Shown here: in pieces, positions 12,407 to 25,329 of the stretch
Layout: each line of letters starts with the position of its first letter
How positions within the stretch are numbered: the first letter of the stretch is position 1
Origin: Octopus bimaculoides
Taxonomy: Eukaryota
Assembly: GCF_001194135.2 (NCBI RefSeq)
Contig: NC_068981.1
Coordinates: 109,623,170-109,669,580, forward strand
Reading direction: 5' to 3'
DNA: 46,411 nucleotides
Translations under genes and position numbers: made by a program
Notes under the pieces: generated by a model
Databases searched by the model: none
What the model was told of the DNA's origin: nothing
Seen by the model: only the letters and a program-made list of their open reading frames with translations

Positions 12407-12559
12407 GTAAGAAGAATTTTGTTTTTCCATATACTTTATTTGATTTGAAATCTCTTTTGCACATGAGTTCCTTTTTATATACTACTATTACTTTGGAAAC
12501 ATTCTCATTCCCCCAAAAGACAATTGCTTTGACCTGTCACTCTCACTTCCAATACTTAA

Positions 12560-14720
12560 TGATGACAACAACAAGCTAATGGGGGACCTTAATGTGGTTG
12601 CTCCTCCTGCAAGAAATAACTAGTACACCTTCACTAGTTCATTTTCCCTAAAACCAGATCTACTGGACATCTGCTCTCCTATGTCACTCACCAGCTGTCT
12701 CTCATCCTTAAGCAATTCTGTGAAACAATGTTGTTATACTTGATATTAGTAAAGCATTTGATCATGCCTCGCAAGCAAATCTCTAAGCTAAACCACTTGC
12801 TAATTAGCTCCATCCATCTCCCATCTTTTGGATCAGTGTTTTCCTGATTGCACTATTGTAGATGGAACTTTCTCTGATCCCTTGCTCTTTTTCAACTCTG
12901 CTGAACTACAAAGTTTGGTTTTCTTATCCACACACTTTCAATGATGTTCTTGTCATCAACAACTGCCTCTCATTCCTTTCTAACCTTCCATACACACGCC
13001 TTCTCCACCTTATACTAAATCTGACTCCACAAACAGAGACTTTCAACAGCATGAAGTTAAACTCTACATATCAAAGAAACAATATTGTAGCGCACCGCTG
13101 AACATGAATTGAATGAGCCAGAACCCTCAAGGTCAACACAAATGCTAGACCTCACCATCACTGAGGATTTCTCCTGATGAACACACATCATCAACATAGT
13201 AAAGATTGCATCACAAACACTGATTTTCTTCTTCAGAGTTAAAATACTTCAGCTCCTAACAGTTATTAATTCTATACAAAGCTCACTTGATATTCACTCT
13301 AGAGTTCAGCGCCTTTATTTTTGGATAGTCATGACCAGTTCATTCTTTGCTTCGTGTGGCCAGAGGTAGAGTGCCCCCTGAAATTGACGAGATATGGCTG
13401 GTGGCAGCTATCCTCTATCATACAGAGGAAGATAGAGAAGTTTTAAAAATGTCGAAGTCTACGGAGGTGAACTGATGGGAACATGAGCTAGAAGTAATGG
13501 TCCATATAGACCTGCCAGACCTTCATAAGATTGTGGAAGAGCTGGTTTTACCTGACGCGACCAGATTAAGGATTGTTGTGGAGGGTAGACCTCCGATATG
13601 TTTTGAGTGTGAAGTAAGAGGACACATGCAGGCCAAGTGTCCCCAGAAACATGAGGAGAAAATAGAGAAACAATTTATGGTGGAAGAAAGAAAGAAAAGT
13701 AACGTAGAATCTCTACCTAAAAAGAAAAGAAAGCCGGAGGAAAATAAGAATGAACGCAAAGACCGGAACCTTCAACTAGTAAGGAGGAGGAAAGACGGAA
13801 GAAGAGACTTGAAAGTGAGAAGGAGGAACAAACAGAGACAGAAATACTAGCAACAGAGGTAGAGAGTGAGGTGATACAGCCGAGAAAGCCACCGAAGGGG
13901 AAACACGAAAGAATGATGGTTTGTTATGGAAAGAGTGTGGAAATAGAAAAGAGAATTTCCAAAATGAAAAGGATCAAGTTGGCCGACAAGGAGGAGAATT
14001 GTAATGAGAAAGCGGTGTTGCTGGAAGATGAGAGAGCAGGAAGGTTGAGAGAAATATTCGGAGACAGGATAGAAATAACAGCACTCCGATTTAGATACGA
14101 CGAATTGCCATTGGTGATAGCATTCAAGGATTTAATGGAGTTTATGGTATGACATTGCGAACACGATACAAACTGGAAAATAATTACTTATTTTAAAAAC
14201 AGTAAAATGGAACTTCCTACTTTGGTGGGTAGGTAAGCCATTACATTCTCATTATTTTCATATTCATATTCATTCGCTATATGTTTTTATATACCCCATG
14301 TATTGTTTGGTCTGTCCTTGTGGTGTCCCCTCTTTATAAAGGCCATGTGCCTAAATAAAAGAAATAAGTTCATTCTTTGCTTGGGTATAGTGTGAAATCC
14401 TTTCATAAAAACCTTGCTCTTCCTATTAGGACATCTCTTACAACAGGCTTCTGCCCCTCAGAATTAGCTGCTATTGTGCCACTTCTACTCTGGCCCTTCC
14501 AACTTACTTGTCTTGACAACTACAATATTTCATTCCAAAGCATTTGTACTGCACTAACCCTATTCAAAGTTCTTCCTCTTCTCATCGTTGACCTGCAATT
14601 CCTTCTCTGCCCATTTTTTTTGCAGTTGTTCAAAAGGAAGATAAATCATGTTAATCTCACTGATCTTGGAGGATCTTCAATGGCTGTGGGCACATCTTCT
14701 TCTGGGCCAAACCAATAACA
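12560..14720 (+). mobile_element. Old CR1/Jockey-like LINE RT remnant, interrupted by the 13353-14366 insertion
   Basis: RSTGHLLSYVTH and LDISKAFDH near 12660-12770; a 3' portion (GFCPSELAAIVP) resumes after 14383. Clade assignment is tentative. Confidence 0.65.
13353..14366 (+). mobile_element. Retroposed, 5'-truncated ORF1/gag-like element with a CCHC zinc knuckle and 16-bp TSD
   Basis: TSD AGTTCATTCTTTGCTT at 13337-13352 and 14367-14382. Encodes CFECEVRGHMQAKC (CX2CX4HX4C) and ends in AATAAA plus an A-rich tail. No RT or endonuclease is visible inside. Confidence 0.85.
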
Positions 14721-14908
14721 AAACTTAAAATAAAATTAAATTTGATACATATTATCATTTAGTTTATAATGATATTCCTAAATTATTTGTTTAATTGAAA
14801 ATAATTTCAATTCCCATTAAGTAGATACAATTATTATTCTTTAGTGATTTTAAAATAACTATTCCAGTTAGAATTTCTATTGATTGTTATTCTCAATTTC
14901 TTTTGCAG

Positions 14909-14984
14909 TGAAGATGTGTACAAAATGCATTATTTAATGCTTGGAGTTGTTTATGTGAAAAGCATTTCCTGTTTATTTCATGCT
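14909..14984 (+). CDS. GPR107: GPR107 exon (EDVYKMHYLM...KSISCLFHA, TM2), phase 2/0
   Basis: ttttgcag acceptor and gtaagt donor; 76 nt. Confidence 0.92.
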
Positions 14985-15500
14985 GTAAGTTTATCTATGA
15001 GGCTTTTATGATTAAAAAAAAAGAGGATCTCTGTAGTTGTGAGTTCATCAACTTTTCCTATTTTACAGTAATTAATTTTTTGGAACTATAAAGTCACAAA
15101 GATGTTCAATCAACTCAGTTTCCTGCCCCTGAATTGACATATAAGTGGCTGAGTATCCTACAGACATATGTAATTTAATTCATACACAGAATCAGTGTGA
15201 CACAGTCTGTGACAAGGCTTTATCTCTTAAATTATATGCACAATCTTTCGAATAGGCTTCTATTGCCTAGTTTCACTCACAAGTATGAGCCAATCCAAGA
15301 TGCCACATAGTAGGATCAAATCCAAGATCTTGCTGCTGCAAAGAGAAAATCTTAATCATTAGGCCACATGGCACCTACTCTTATATTGTAAACAGTTCCC
15401 TTTTTTCCTAAAGACTATTATCGTTATAGATTAATAATTAGTAGAATTAACTCACTGTTCAGTTTCCAAAATAATTGTGTTTTTTTGTTTTTTGTTTTAG

Positions 15501-15574
15501 ATAAACTTTCATTTTATACAGACCAAGGGTATACATGAAGAAGCTTGGGCCATATTATATTACATTGTCTATTT
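15501..15574 (+). CDS. GPR107: GPR107 exon (INFHFIQTKGIHEEAWAILYYIVY), phase 0/2
   Basis: ttttag acceptor and gtaagt donor; 74 nt; E-x-WA-xx-YYI motif. Confidence 0.92.
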
Positions 15575-15946
15575 GTAAGTAATTTTCACAACAATTTGCA
15601 TCAGACATATTGTATCTTAAGCAGTTCCAGTATTGTAAAGCTCAAAACAATGCCTTAATAGTATTCAAGATATTTAGAAACTATTTGATGATAAGGACTT
15701 CATAAATAATAGGCTTGTAACAATGGAATTACATTTGTGTATGTGTTAGATTTCTTCATTGAGATGTTTTATTCTGACTGGTGCTGTGATTCCTATAAAT
15801 TACACAGAGGGGAACAATTTTGAACATAATTTCTGTTGAGTTTGTTTTTTCGCATGATTTAGAGTAAAATTGGCTTACCGATTTCAAAATTACAGTCAAT
15901 TTTCTTCTATCATGTCAAGTTTTTTTCCTGCAGCTTACTCTCTAAA

Positions 15947-16014
15947 TAAGCACAATTGTATTGTTCGTCCAGCTGCTTTTTAAGCACAATTGTATTGTTT
16001 GGTCAGCTGCTTTT
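15947..16014. repeat. 34-bp tandem duplication
   Basis: taagcacaattgtattgtt(cgtc/tggt)cagctgctttt occurs twice. Confidence 0.9.
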
Positions 16015-16283
16015 ATTATTTTATTGATAATACTGTGGAACATTTTTGAAAAATTTTAATTGTCCTGCTTTTTTACAATTAGTCCTACCTAATTTGAAGT
16101 GTATTGGGTTCAGAAATTCCCTCAGAAATATTCTATCATGTCAAGTTTTTCATTAAGCAGGAATTCACTTTTTACCAAAAATTATCAATTTTGCCATTAA
16201 ATGCAAAACTGAAATGTAAGAAACTAACACAAACCAAATAGTAATTTTTTTTGTTTAACAAATATATTATGCAAAATGTTTAA

Positions 16284-16498
16284 CCCATTAAGTCCCACTG
16301 TCCTATAAATAGGACACTAAATAAGAACATTAAATAAGCTATATTACATTGTCTCAGTGTCCTATTTATAGGACACCGAGTATTTCCATTTCTACTTGAA
16401 GTAAAGGAGTTTTAATAATTATTTTTTTCATTTTTACCTATTTTCAATCCAATTTTTCAGTAATATTCAGAAATTTAAGTACTCTGGGACTTAATGGG
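16284..16498. mobile_element. piggyBac-type MITE (TTAA TSD, 14-bp TIR cccattaagtccca)
   Basis: TTAA at 16280-16283 and 16499-16502; perfect TIR; contains internal palindromes. Confidence 0.88.
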
Positions 16499-16559
16499 TT
16501 AATTACACATCTTAGGATAGATATTCCTGTCAAACTGGTGCTTCATCTACTCGAGGAGT

Positions 16560-16990
16560 GAACCTTCTCTTTACTGTTTTGTGTGAATAATTTGCATCAC
16601 GACAGTCTCTTTTCAGAGACCAGCAGTAGTCAGCCATCATGTTTGTATTCTACCTGCTTTGATATCTAGTTTTCATGGTCTTGATTCTTGGTGGAATCTT
16701 CCTCCTTGGTCATCACTTATTGCACTATGATTTTCAGGGAAGTAGTCCAGGTGACTGCAGGAAATGCACTTTTACACTCATAATGCAGTCCACTGATCAA
16801 AAACTGGTTAACAGGGTCTGCGCAAGTTCTTCATAACTTGACAACTTTCTGTTTCCTAGGAAATCAGACACAACTGCAGCAAAGTATTCCATGCTTTTTT
16901 TAATGCCAGACATGGTCTCCAAAACTGCTTGTCCTGCAATAGCCACCTAACCTGTGGCCCATCAAACACACCAACCTTAATTTTCTCTCA
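16560..16990 (-). mobile_element. DNA transposase remnant, probably CMC/Chapaev3-type
   Basis: The minus strand reads KIKVGVFDGPQVR, LGNRKLSSYEEL, MSVKVHFL, FPENHSAISDDQGGRFHQ and MMADYCW, with frameshifts. The superfamily name comes from recall of these motifs. Confidence 0.72.
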
Positions 16991-17677
16991 AGACAAAGCT
17001 GGAAACTTTCTGCTTAAGTATATGAAATAGTCACTGTTTCAGTATTTCAACAGATACTTTACACACTGTATGGGGTGCTCAAGCTTTGTTTTGATCACCC
17101 AGTTTTTATTTTGTTTCACTGCTTAGGTAAAGTGCAACATCCACAAATATAGCAGAAGACATTAGAGCTATTTTTGCATTTTCTTCTCTCACAATTGGCT
17201 ATATTTCTGAAATACAAAACTTATATTCAAGCTAGTTGTCACCTTGGAAAAGCATTTTCAGAATTGTCAGTTAATTAAAACATTAAGGTTGCATTCAACA
17301 TACCACTTTTCATAAGAAATAGTTAAAGGTTCAACAAAATGTGTTTCATCTGGTTTGTACAAAGAACATTTCTATCATCATGACTGAAAATAGTGGAAGT
17401 TGATCAAGTTTGATGCTTTTTATTCACTGAAGATACTTGAATCACGACTTTTGTAGTTGCATTAACTTTAAATGATATTGAAAAACTGTTTTCAAAGTTA
17501 TGTCATTAGTCTGCATTTGGATGAAGCTGAATCTGTCCTTTGAGTTTACGAGAAATCTTGATGATATAGAGCAAAATGGATTTCATTTTTGAAATCAACA
17601 CCCCCAAATTACTAGGAAACACCAGACAACAAAAACCATGTTCCCCAGTGTTATTTATCTCAATTCATGCCATTAGC

Positions 17678-17870
17678 TTATTACCTCAGTTTTAGTGAAG
17701 GTGGTGGTATTGTTTACAGTCGTGTTTGTTTGTTTGTGGACAAGATATCTCAAGAACTGCTGGATGGATTTGGATGAAACTTTCAGGAATGTTTGGTCTT
17801 GTGACTGGCACGAACTGATTAGATATTGGTACCGAACAAGGATTCTAGATTATTTGTTATATTTACTTTA
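17678..17870 (+). mobile_element. Helentron-associated (HINE/DINE-like) non-autonomous element, 5' part; matching 3' end at about 20250-20310
   Basis: ttattacctc...gtgtttgtttgtttgt...gatatctcaagaactgctggatggatttggatgaaactttcagga and the distal ctttggtggaggtttgtgctctctgagtgctc resemble these elements. Recognition only. Confidence 0.45.
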
Positions 17871-18059
17871 CATGATTACAATCTTATGTTGACTTTCAAG
17901 TCTTTCTCAATTATCTTCCTTTAGGCTCTTTAAAAAGTTTTATTTTTGTTTCTCTATCATTAATTTTATTTACGTCTCTATTTTATTAATGGATAAAGAA
18001 ATCAAACTACATGAAAAAACGGCAGCAAAACCGTTCAGAAATTAAATAACATGCATTCA

Positions 18060-19305
18060 TCACTCCACTCTCACCACCTTCATCCACTACAAACACACAG
18101 ACTCACACTCATACCTCAACTTCTCCTCCTCCCTCCCTAAACACACCAAGCTTTCTGTCCCCTATTCCTAATTCCTCCATCTACGTAGGTTCTGCAGTGA
18201 TGACAATGACTTTGAGACTCAGTCTCAACTCATGGCTCACCACTTCATCCTACATGGATGTCCCTTCACCACTATCCACACCGCCCTTGCCAGAGCACCT
18301 TCCATGGACTGTGCATCTGCTCTCTTCCCCACACCTGCCCCACCATCTACCCTCNNNNNNNNNNNNNNNNNNNNNNNNNNNNNNNNNNNNNNNNNNNNNN
18401 NNNNNNNNNNNNNNNNNNNNNNNNNNNNNNNNNNNNNNNNNNNNNNNNNNNNNNNNNNNNNNNNNNNNNNNNNNNNNNNNNNNNNNNNNNNNNNNNNNNN
18501 NNNNNNNNNNNNNNNNNNNNNNNNNNNNNNNNNNNNNNNNNNNNNNNNNNNNNNNNNNNNNNNNNNNNNNNNNNNNNNNNNNNNNNNNNNNNNNNNNNNN
18601 NNNNNNNNNNNNNNNNNNNNNNNNNNNNNNNNNNNNNNNNNNNNNNNNNNNNNNNNNNNNNNNNNNNNNNNNNNNNNNNNNNNNNNNNNNNNNNNNNNNN
18701 NNNNNNNNNNNNNNNNNNNNNNNNNNNNNNNNNNNNNNNNNNNNNNNNNNNNNNNNNNNNNNNNNNNNNNNNNCTATCATATCACCGACTCCTTCACCTG
18801 CATGTCTACCAATGTCATCTACTGCATCTTCTGCACTTTCTGCCCTTCTCTATACATTAGGCAAACGGGACACTGCTTGGCTGACCAGTTCGCGGAACAC
18901 CTCTGAAACATCCGACTCAGCAATGACACCCTGGTCTTGCACCATTTCTGCTTTACTGGTCACTCTTTGCAACACCTGTTTGTGTTTGGATTGTCCTTGC
19001 ACAGGGGCCATCTGGACTCCCGTCTTCGCCCTGAACAGGGATTAATCTTCTCTCTTCGCTTCTTTGCGCCACATGGGCTCAATTCTCCTTCCCTCTTCGT
19101 CTACCCCCTCCTCCTCCTACCCACCTCTCCTCCGATTCCTACTTCTCTTCAGTCCTACTCTTCTCTCTTCTCTTCACTCCTACCCACCTTCTCCTTCATC
19201 GTCACCCCTCCCTCGTAACCCCACCCCTACACAATTCAACCCACCTCCCCATCCATTCCATCCCACCCCACCCAATCTCTTACACCCACTCCCACATACC
19301 CCGCC
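18060..19305 (+). mobile_element. Penelope-like retroelement (RT C-terminus plus GIY-YIG endonuclease), degraded and gapped
   Basis: HYKHTDSHSYLNFSSSLPKHTKLSVPYS*FLHLRRFCSDD; DSFTCMSTNVIYCIFCTFCPSLYIRQTGHCLADQFAEHL; EQGLIFSLRFFAPHGLN. Confidence 0.88.
18355..18773. other. Assembly gap (N run)
   Basis: 419 N. Confidence 1.
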
Positions 19306-20173
19306 NNNNNNNNNNNNNNNNNNNNNNNNNNNNNNNNNNNNNNNNNNNNNNNNNNNNNNNNNNNNNNNNNNNNNNNNNNNNNNNNNNNNNNNNNNNNNNN
19401 NNNNNNNNNNNNNNNNNNNNNNNNNNNNNNNNNNNNNNNNNNNNNNNNNNNNNNNNNNNNNNNNNNNNNNNNNNNNNNNNNNNNNNNNNNNNNNNNNNNN
19501 NNNNNNNNNNNNNNNNNNNNNNNNNNNNNNNNNNNNNNNNNNNNNNNNNNNNNNNNNNNNNNNNNNNNNNNNNNNNNNNNNNNNNNNNNNNNNNNNNNNN
19601 NNNNNNNNNNNNNNNNNNNNNNNNNNNNNNNNNNNNNNNNNNNNNNNNNNNNNNNNNNNNNNNNNNNNNNNNNNNNNNNNNNNNNNNNNNNNNNNNNNNN
19701 NNNNNNNNNNNNNNNNNNNNNNNNNNNNNNNNNNNNNNNNNNNNNNNNNNNNNNNNNNNNNNNNNNNNNNNNNNNNNNNNNNNNNNNNNNNNNNNNNNNN
19801 NNNNNNNNNNNNNNNNNNNNNNNNNNNNNNNNNNNNNNNNNNNNNNNNNNNNNNNNNNNNNNNNNNNNNNNNNNNNNNNNNNNNNNNNNNNNNNNNNNNN
19901 NNNNNNNNNNNNNNNNNNNNNNNNNNNNNNNNNNNNNNNNNNNNNNNNNNNNNNNNNNNNNNNNNNNNNNNNNNNNNNNNNNNNNNNNNNNNNNNNNNNN
20001 NNNNNNNNNNNNNNNNNNNNNNNNNNNNNNNNNNNNNNNNNNNNNNNNNNNNNNNNNNNNNNNNNNNNNNNNNNNNNNNNNNNNNNNNNNNNNNNNNNNN
20101 NNNNNNNNNNNNNNNNNNNNNNNNNNNNNNNNNNNNNNNNNNNNNNNNNNNNNNNNNNNNNNNNNNNNNNNNN
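19306..20173. other. Assembly gap (N run)
   Basis: 868 N. Confidence 1.
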
Positions 20174-21733
20174 NTTTTTAGTATTCTCATTTATGAGAGC
20201 AGTTGAGTTTATTTCAGATATTCTCATTTTAAAAATCGTCTCAAGCTAATCGTTGAGAGAATGTTGGTGTTGCTTTGGTGGAGGTTTGTGCTCTCTGAGT
20301 GCTCTTGCTTGAGTTATTTCTTGCTGCTAATTTTTTTTTTTTAATGTGAATTACTGCTTACCAAAATTATTTTAGGTATCACTATGAATTTTAAAAAATA
20401 TTTAGATGTAATTTCTACTGTACTTGGAGAGCATCCAAAAAGAAACATTTTGATACCTTATTTGTGAAATTTGGATGAATATTTGAGGAAATATGATAAT
20501 CTGAATCGTCAGCAAATGGGTTGAAATCTTGCCTAATTGAATAACTAGCCATATTTGTGTTGTCATATTTTTGAAACTGAAGTGATAATCACCTTCAAGT
20601 TATATGAATTAATAGTGACCATGGGATAGCAGTTGCTTTCTTTTTCAGATTCTTGGAAAGAAATCTTTTTTTGGCAATTTTAAAAATATTTATGTAAAGC
20701 CTATTTTGTTACATGTCACAACTAGTCAATTTCACAGTGTTTTTAGACCTACTTAAATCCAAAAGTACATGCCACAGGGACTTGAGTTTTGGCATATTTG
20801 TAGTAGGTAAGAGTTAAATAAATCTTGAGATTTTGGGATATGACACCATAACAATAAAATTTTAATGGACTATTAAAAATGGCTATAAATGGCAAAGTTT
20901 TGGATCAGATATCTACATAAGTTGAATTTTTTCCATTTTTTTTTTTTTTTAGTACAGTTTTGGAAATAATGGGAGTAAGCTTTTTATGAAAAAAGATTTT
21001 TTGAAAATTTGAAGAAGTTTACTAACTTAGTGAGAGTAATGAATAAAATATTCTCTGTGTGCCAAGCTTGTAAAATAAAGAAGCACATACATAACTTCAT
21101 ATGCAAATCTCTCGAGATAACCAAGTTTGTAGAAGGGTGGGGGGAAAAATGCATTAAGAATTGATACCAGCAGAGCTTGTTCAAGATAGAAAGGATTAGG
21201 AAGAAAGTAAGTAAAGCATGGTGAGTAAAGAATAGTGACAAGTTTCAAGACAATGTTTATCAATGCTACTCCCAGAGATGAATTTGCAGTGGGAGACTTA
21301 TAATACCACCACCACCCCTCCATTTTTGTTTTTTTTTATACAACACTTTGGTTGTTGAAATACACTGCTTTTGTTTAAATTGATTTTGAAAATAACTTTT
21401 CATAATTTTCTGTGGTTGGATGCCCTTCCTAATGCCAGCAGCTTTTCATTATGTACTCGGTGCTTTTTTCGTGCCACCAGCACTAGTGAAGTTGCTATGC
21501 AGCTTGCAAGACTAGGAAACCCAAAGTGGTCTTTATCTTGGATGTATGATTGAGCAGAGTATTAAAAGTGATATGAAACATAGGACAACTTGTAGCGTGT
21601 ATAAGGGGAAGCTGAGAGATATGGTCAATGGAAGTAGTAGGTGTGTGGGATTTGTTTTTTGCCCTTAAGCAATAATGAGAGAAAGAGAGAAGAGGCAAAA
21701 GTGAGCCACAAACTTTCATGAGAGAGACAAAAT

Positions 21734-21870
21734 GTTGGTTTAAAATTTTGGCACAAGGCCAGCAGTTTTGGGGAGGGGCTAGTCAATTACATTGACCCTC
21801 ATTGCTCAACTGGTACTTATTTTATCGACCTTAGCAGAATGTAAGCTCAGAATGTAAAGACAGAAAACAA
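21734..21870 (-). mobile_element. SINE family C copy (partial)
   Basis: ttttggcacaaggccagcag...caactggtacttattttatcgacc is the reverse-orientation counterpart of 9663-9880. Confidence 0.6.
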
Positions 21871-22612
21871 TACCTTGCCAAAACAGGAGGAGTGGGGTAG
21901 ATGTTTTCATGAATCAACTTGATCCCCTGCTGTTCACAGTCCCAGATGAACCTACATATATGTGTGGGTGTGTGTATGATATCCACCTGTCATTTCCTGC
22001 ATTATCTTGCTCTGTAATTAAGTGTGAGTAGAACTGGATACTTTTTCATGATATTGCTTATCCTTCTGTAATCATTCCTCTCTACCCACATTTTATATTG
22101 GTCACTGTCCTAAGCCCCCAAATTATTTCTCTATCACCATACATCTCTCTCTACACTTGCCCAACACTCTTATAACCTGTCTAACTATACATCATCTCCA
22201 CCCTCTTTCATTTCCCCCTTATTACTACTCTGCTGCTCTTCACCCCTTTTCTATACTGTCAGTCATTTCTTCTCCCTTTCCTCAGGTACTGCTGGTTACT
22301 CTGCAATCCTACCCAATTTCTACATTTGTCACCTACTCTTCCCTTTTCTTTACCTTTCCTACTTACTATCATCCCTCAACACTTATTCTTCATTATATTC
22401 ACCCTCTCCCAGCCTCTACCCACTCACACTTATTGTTCTTCTGTCACCAGTCACATCTACTCACCTCATGTCTTAAGGGTGCACTGTCACACCTCATCAC
22501 CACTATTTTTATCTCTTTCTGGTTCCAACCTTTCTTCTATAATGCGAGTAGTTTCTCTTTACAAGAAATGAAGGGTATCCAGTCATAGAAACCATGCCAA
22601 AGCCAGTTTTGA

Positions 22613-23068
<456 letters not shown>

Positions 23069-23248
23069 TAAGAATTTATTTTGTTTTTTGAATTATTCGT
23101 CAGTCTTTTGTTTCAAATTGCAAATAGGAGGAAACACTTTGTTTGCATATGTATGTGTCAGTCTCTCTCTTTTACCTCTATGTCACACATACATCAAATT
23201 ATTTAAACTACAGTTTTTAAGCCTTTCACTATCTTATTATTCTCTTCA

Positions 23249-23460
23249 TACTCAAAGAAATAAAGAAGAGTGCCCTGATATGTTTCACAGTTTGTTGACT
23301 GCCTATGAGAAGACAATCATCCTACTCATTTCTTTGCCCACAAAGAGGACTTAGAATGAATAGCTTTGTGGGTAGAGGAATGCAAAGGTATTTACTTCTC
23401 TGATGAATTTCGAATAAGCTGTAAAACATGTCAGGACAATCTTCTTTATTTTTCTGTGTA
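23249..23460. repeat. Degenerate inverted repeat (arms of about 97 nt, 18-nt loop)
   Basis: Left arm tactcaaagaaataaagaagagtgccctgatatg...gcccacaaag; right arm ctttgtgggt...catgtcaggacaatcttctttatttttctgtgta. Confidence 0.85.
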
Positions 23461-24205
23461 CTAAAATAACAAAATGTACTCACATCTTTCATTTGTTTTT
23501 GGATTTCAGTTGTTTGTAAGTGTTCCACAAAAGGTTGTGTTGCTACGAAGCTTGCTTTGCAGCCATGTGGATGAAACTTATTCCCTTCATTCCTCATATG
23601 TATAACATGTCCATACCAGTGCAGTATTCTCTCCTGTACATTATGATTGTTACTTTTCATGCTCAGTTTTTCTCTTAGTACACTTGATGTATGCTAATAT
23701 CACATATCTTGTGACCCTCTTTAGTACTTAAACAGCATACATTCACCTCTTATTAGAAGAGAGAGAAGGCATTTTGTTGCTAACAGAAGTAATAACTACC
23801 TTGTTTTCCTCACTCTGTCCTTAGTCTGGTTGATAAACTTTTGCAAGACTCACCTCAACTAATGATGTTTCTGGGCAGTTGACTGACTGCTAATTACTCA
23901 TGTAAAACTATTACATATGAAATCTTTTTTCTGTACCATCTTACTTGAGATCCAACTGCAATTGTTTCACACACATATGCATGCATATATATATTGAATT
24001 GATAAAGGAGAAGGAACAGAGAATTTTAATGGAATTTTTCACCTTTTGCTGGTATTTTAATACATGATTTTTTTTTTTTCTTTTGTCACTGTCAATGACA
24101 GTTAAAATTCGAAATTATAAAATTATTTAGAAACTTCTGATAAATTGATATTTTGTATAAGCTAAGATATAAACTAATTTTCACCAATATTGCCTTTGAT
24201 GGTAG

Positions 24206-24337
<132 letters not shown>

Positions 24338-25329
24338 TAAGATTTGTTTTTATTCATTCAGTTTTATTTTTTAAGTCATATTTCCTCACCTGGGCAAAAA
24401 TTACTCCAATGGAAGGTATGTAGCAAAATCTTAAATAAATGTGAATAATTAGCAATGTGTGTAGGGAAGCTACAAGGTGTTAGTGTTTGCAGAAGATTAA
24501 ATACATAGTACCACTAGTTATATGGAAGAACAAAACAACAACAGAAAAAATATACATACATATATGGCACTGGAAATACAAAAGTAATAAACAGGTAGTG
24601 TCTTTAATTGACAAAAAAAAAAAAAAAAAAAAAAAGACTTCAGTCATCTTTGGAAGGTAATGAATAGATCTGTTGTGTTGTGAAATGGCTCACCTGAAAA
24701 ACTGTGTCTAATTGAGAAATGTATGGGTATAGGCCAATGGGACTATCTTCCAGATCTAGTGCCTAGTAGTGGAGAAGAAATTGAAATACTAGTGGAAAGG
24801 AGTACTGATGATGCAGTTGCCTAGGAAAAAGTGAAAGGTAGTGTTAAGTTGAGACTTTATGGCTTCTTTTAGATGATCTATACTGATAGAATTACATTTC
24901 CCATTAATGTCCACAATGAACTATTTTGTTTTTCTGTCAAGTACTCTGTAGGGTTCAGAGTACAAGAGTTGAAATTTTGCTGGTAAGCTTCCATTTCATT
25001 GAGGTCACCAGGTGTAGCAACTAAATAATTGCTAGATATATTAAACGAAGTGATGAAAGATGTGGTTAATAATCAATCAATATCCAACAACAGTGAATTG
25101 GAAAAAAAATGGAAGTTTGTATTGTGAATAAGTGTGTTTACAAAGTAAATTTCATTTGTCTAGTTTCCTTATAGTGGCCTGGCAATAAGTGTATAGGAGG
25201 AGGAAGGTAAAAAGTTCAAAGCTTATGTGGAGGGAGTTTATTAGTGTGTGTTTATGAAACAGTAAAATGCTGTCTGATGCTGACTGAAAGAAGTTACTTA
25301 TTTTCTTTCTCAGAAATTGCTAATATATA

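Noticed and set aside
18197-20227. Long ORFs of 176-380 aa in the ORF track
   Set aside because: They are artefacts of reading through N gaps; the flanking sequence is a decayed Penelope-like element.
20984-21323. Overlapping 85-98 aa ORFs as a gene or integrase fragment
   Set aside because: No recognisable motif or usable splice sites; left unannotated.
22157-22588. Hydrophobic 143-aa ORF resembling a membrane protein
   Set aside because: It is pyrimidine-rich low-complexity intron sequence, so the apparent hydrophobicity is compositional.
24613-24635. A23 run as the tail of a retrocopy
   Set aside because: No TSD or recognisable upstream element could be identified.
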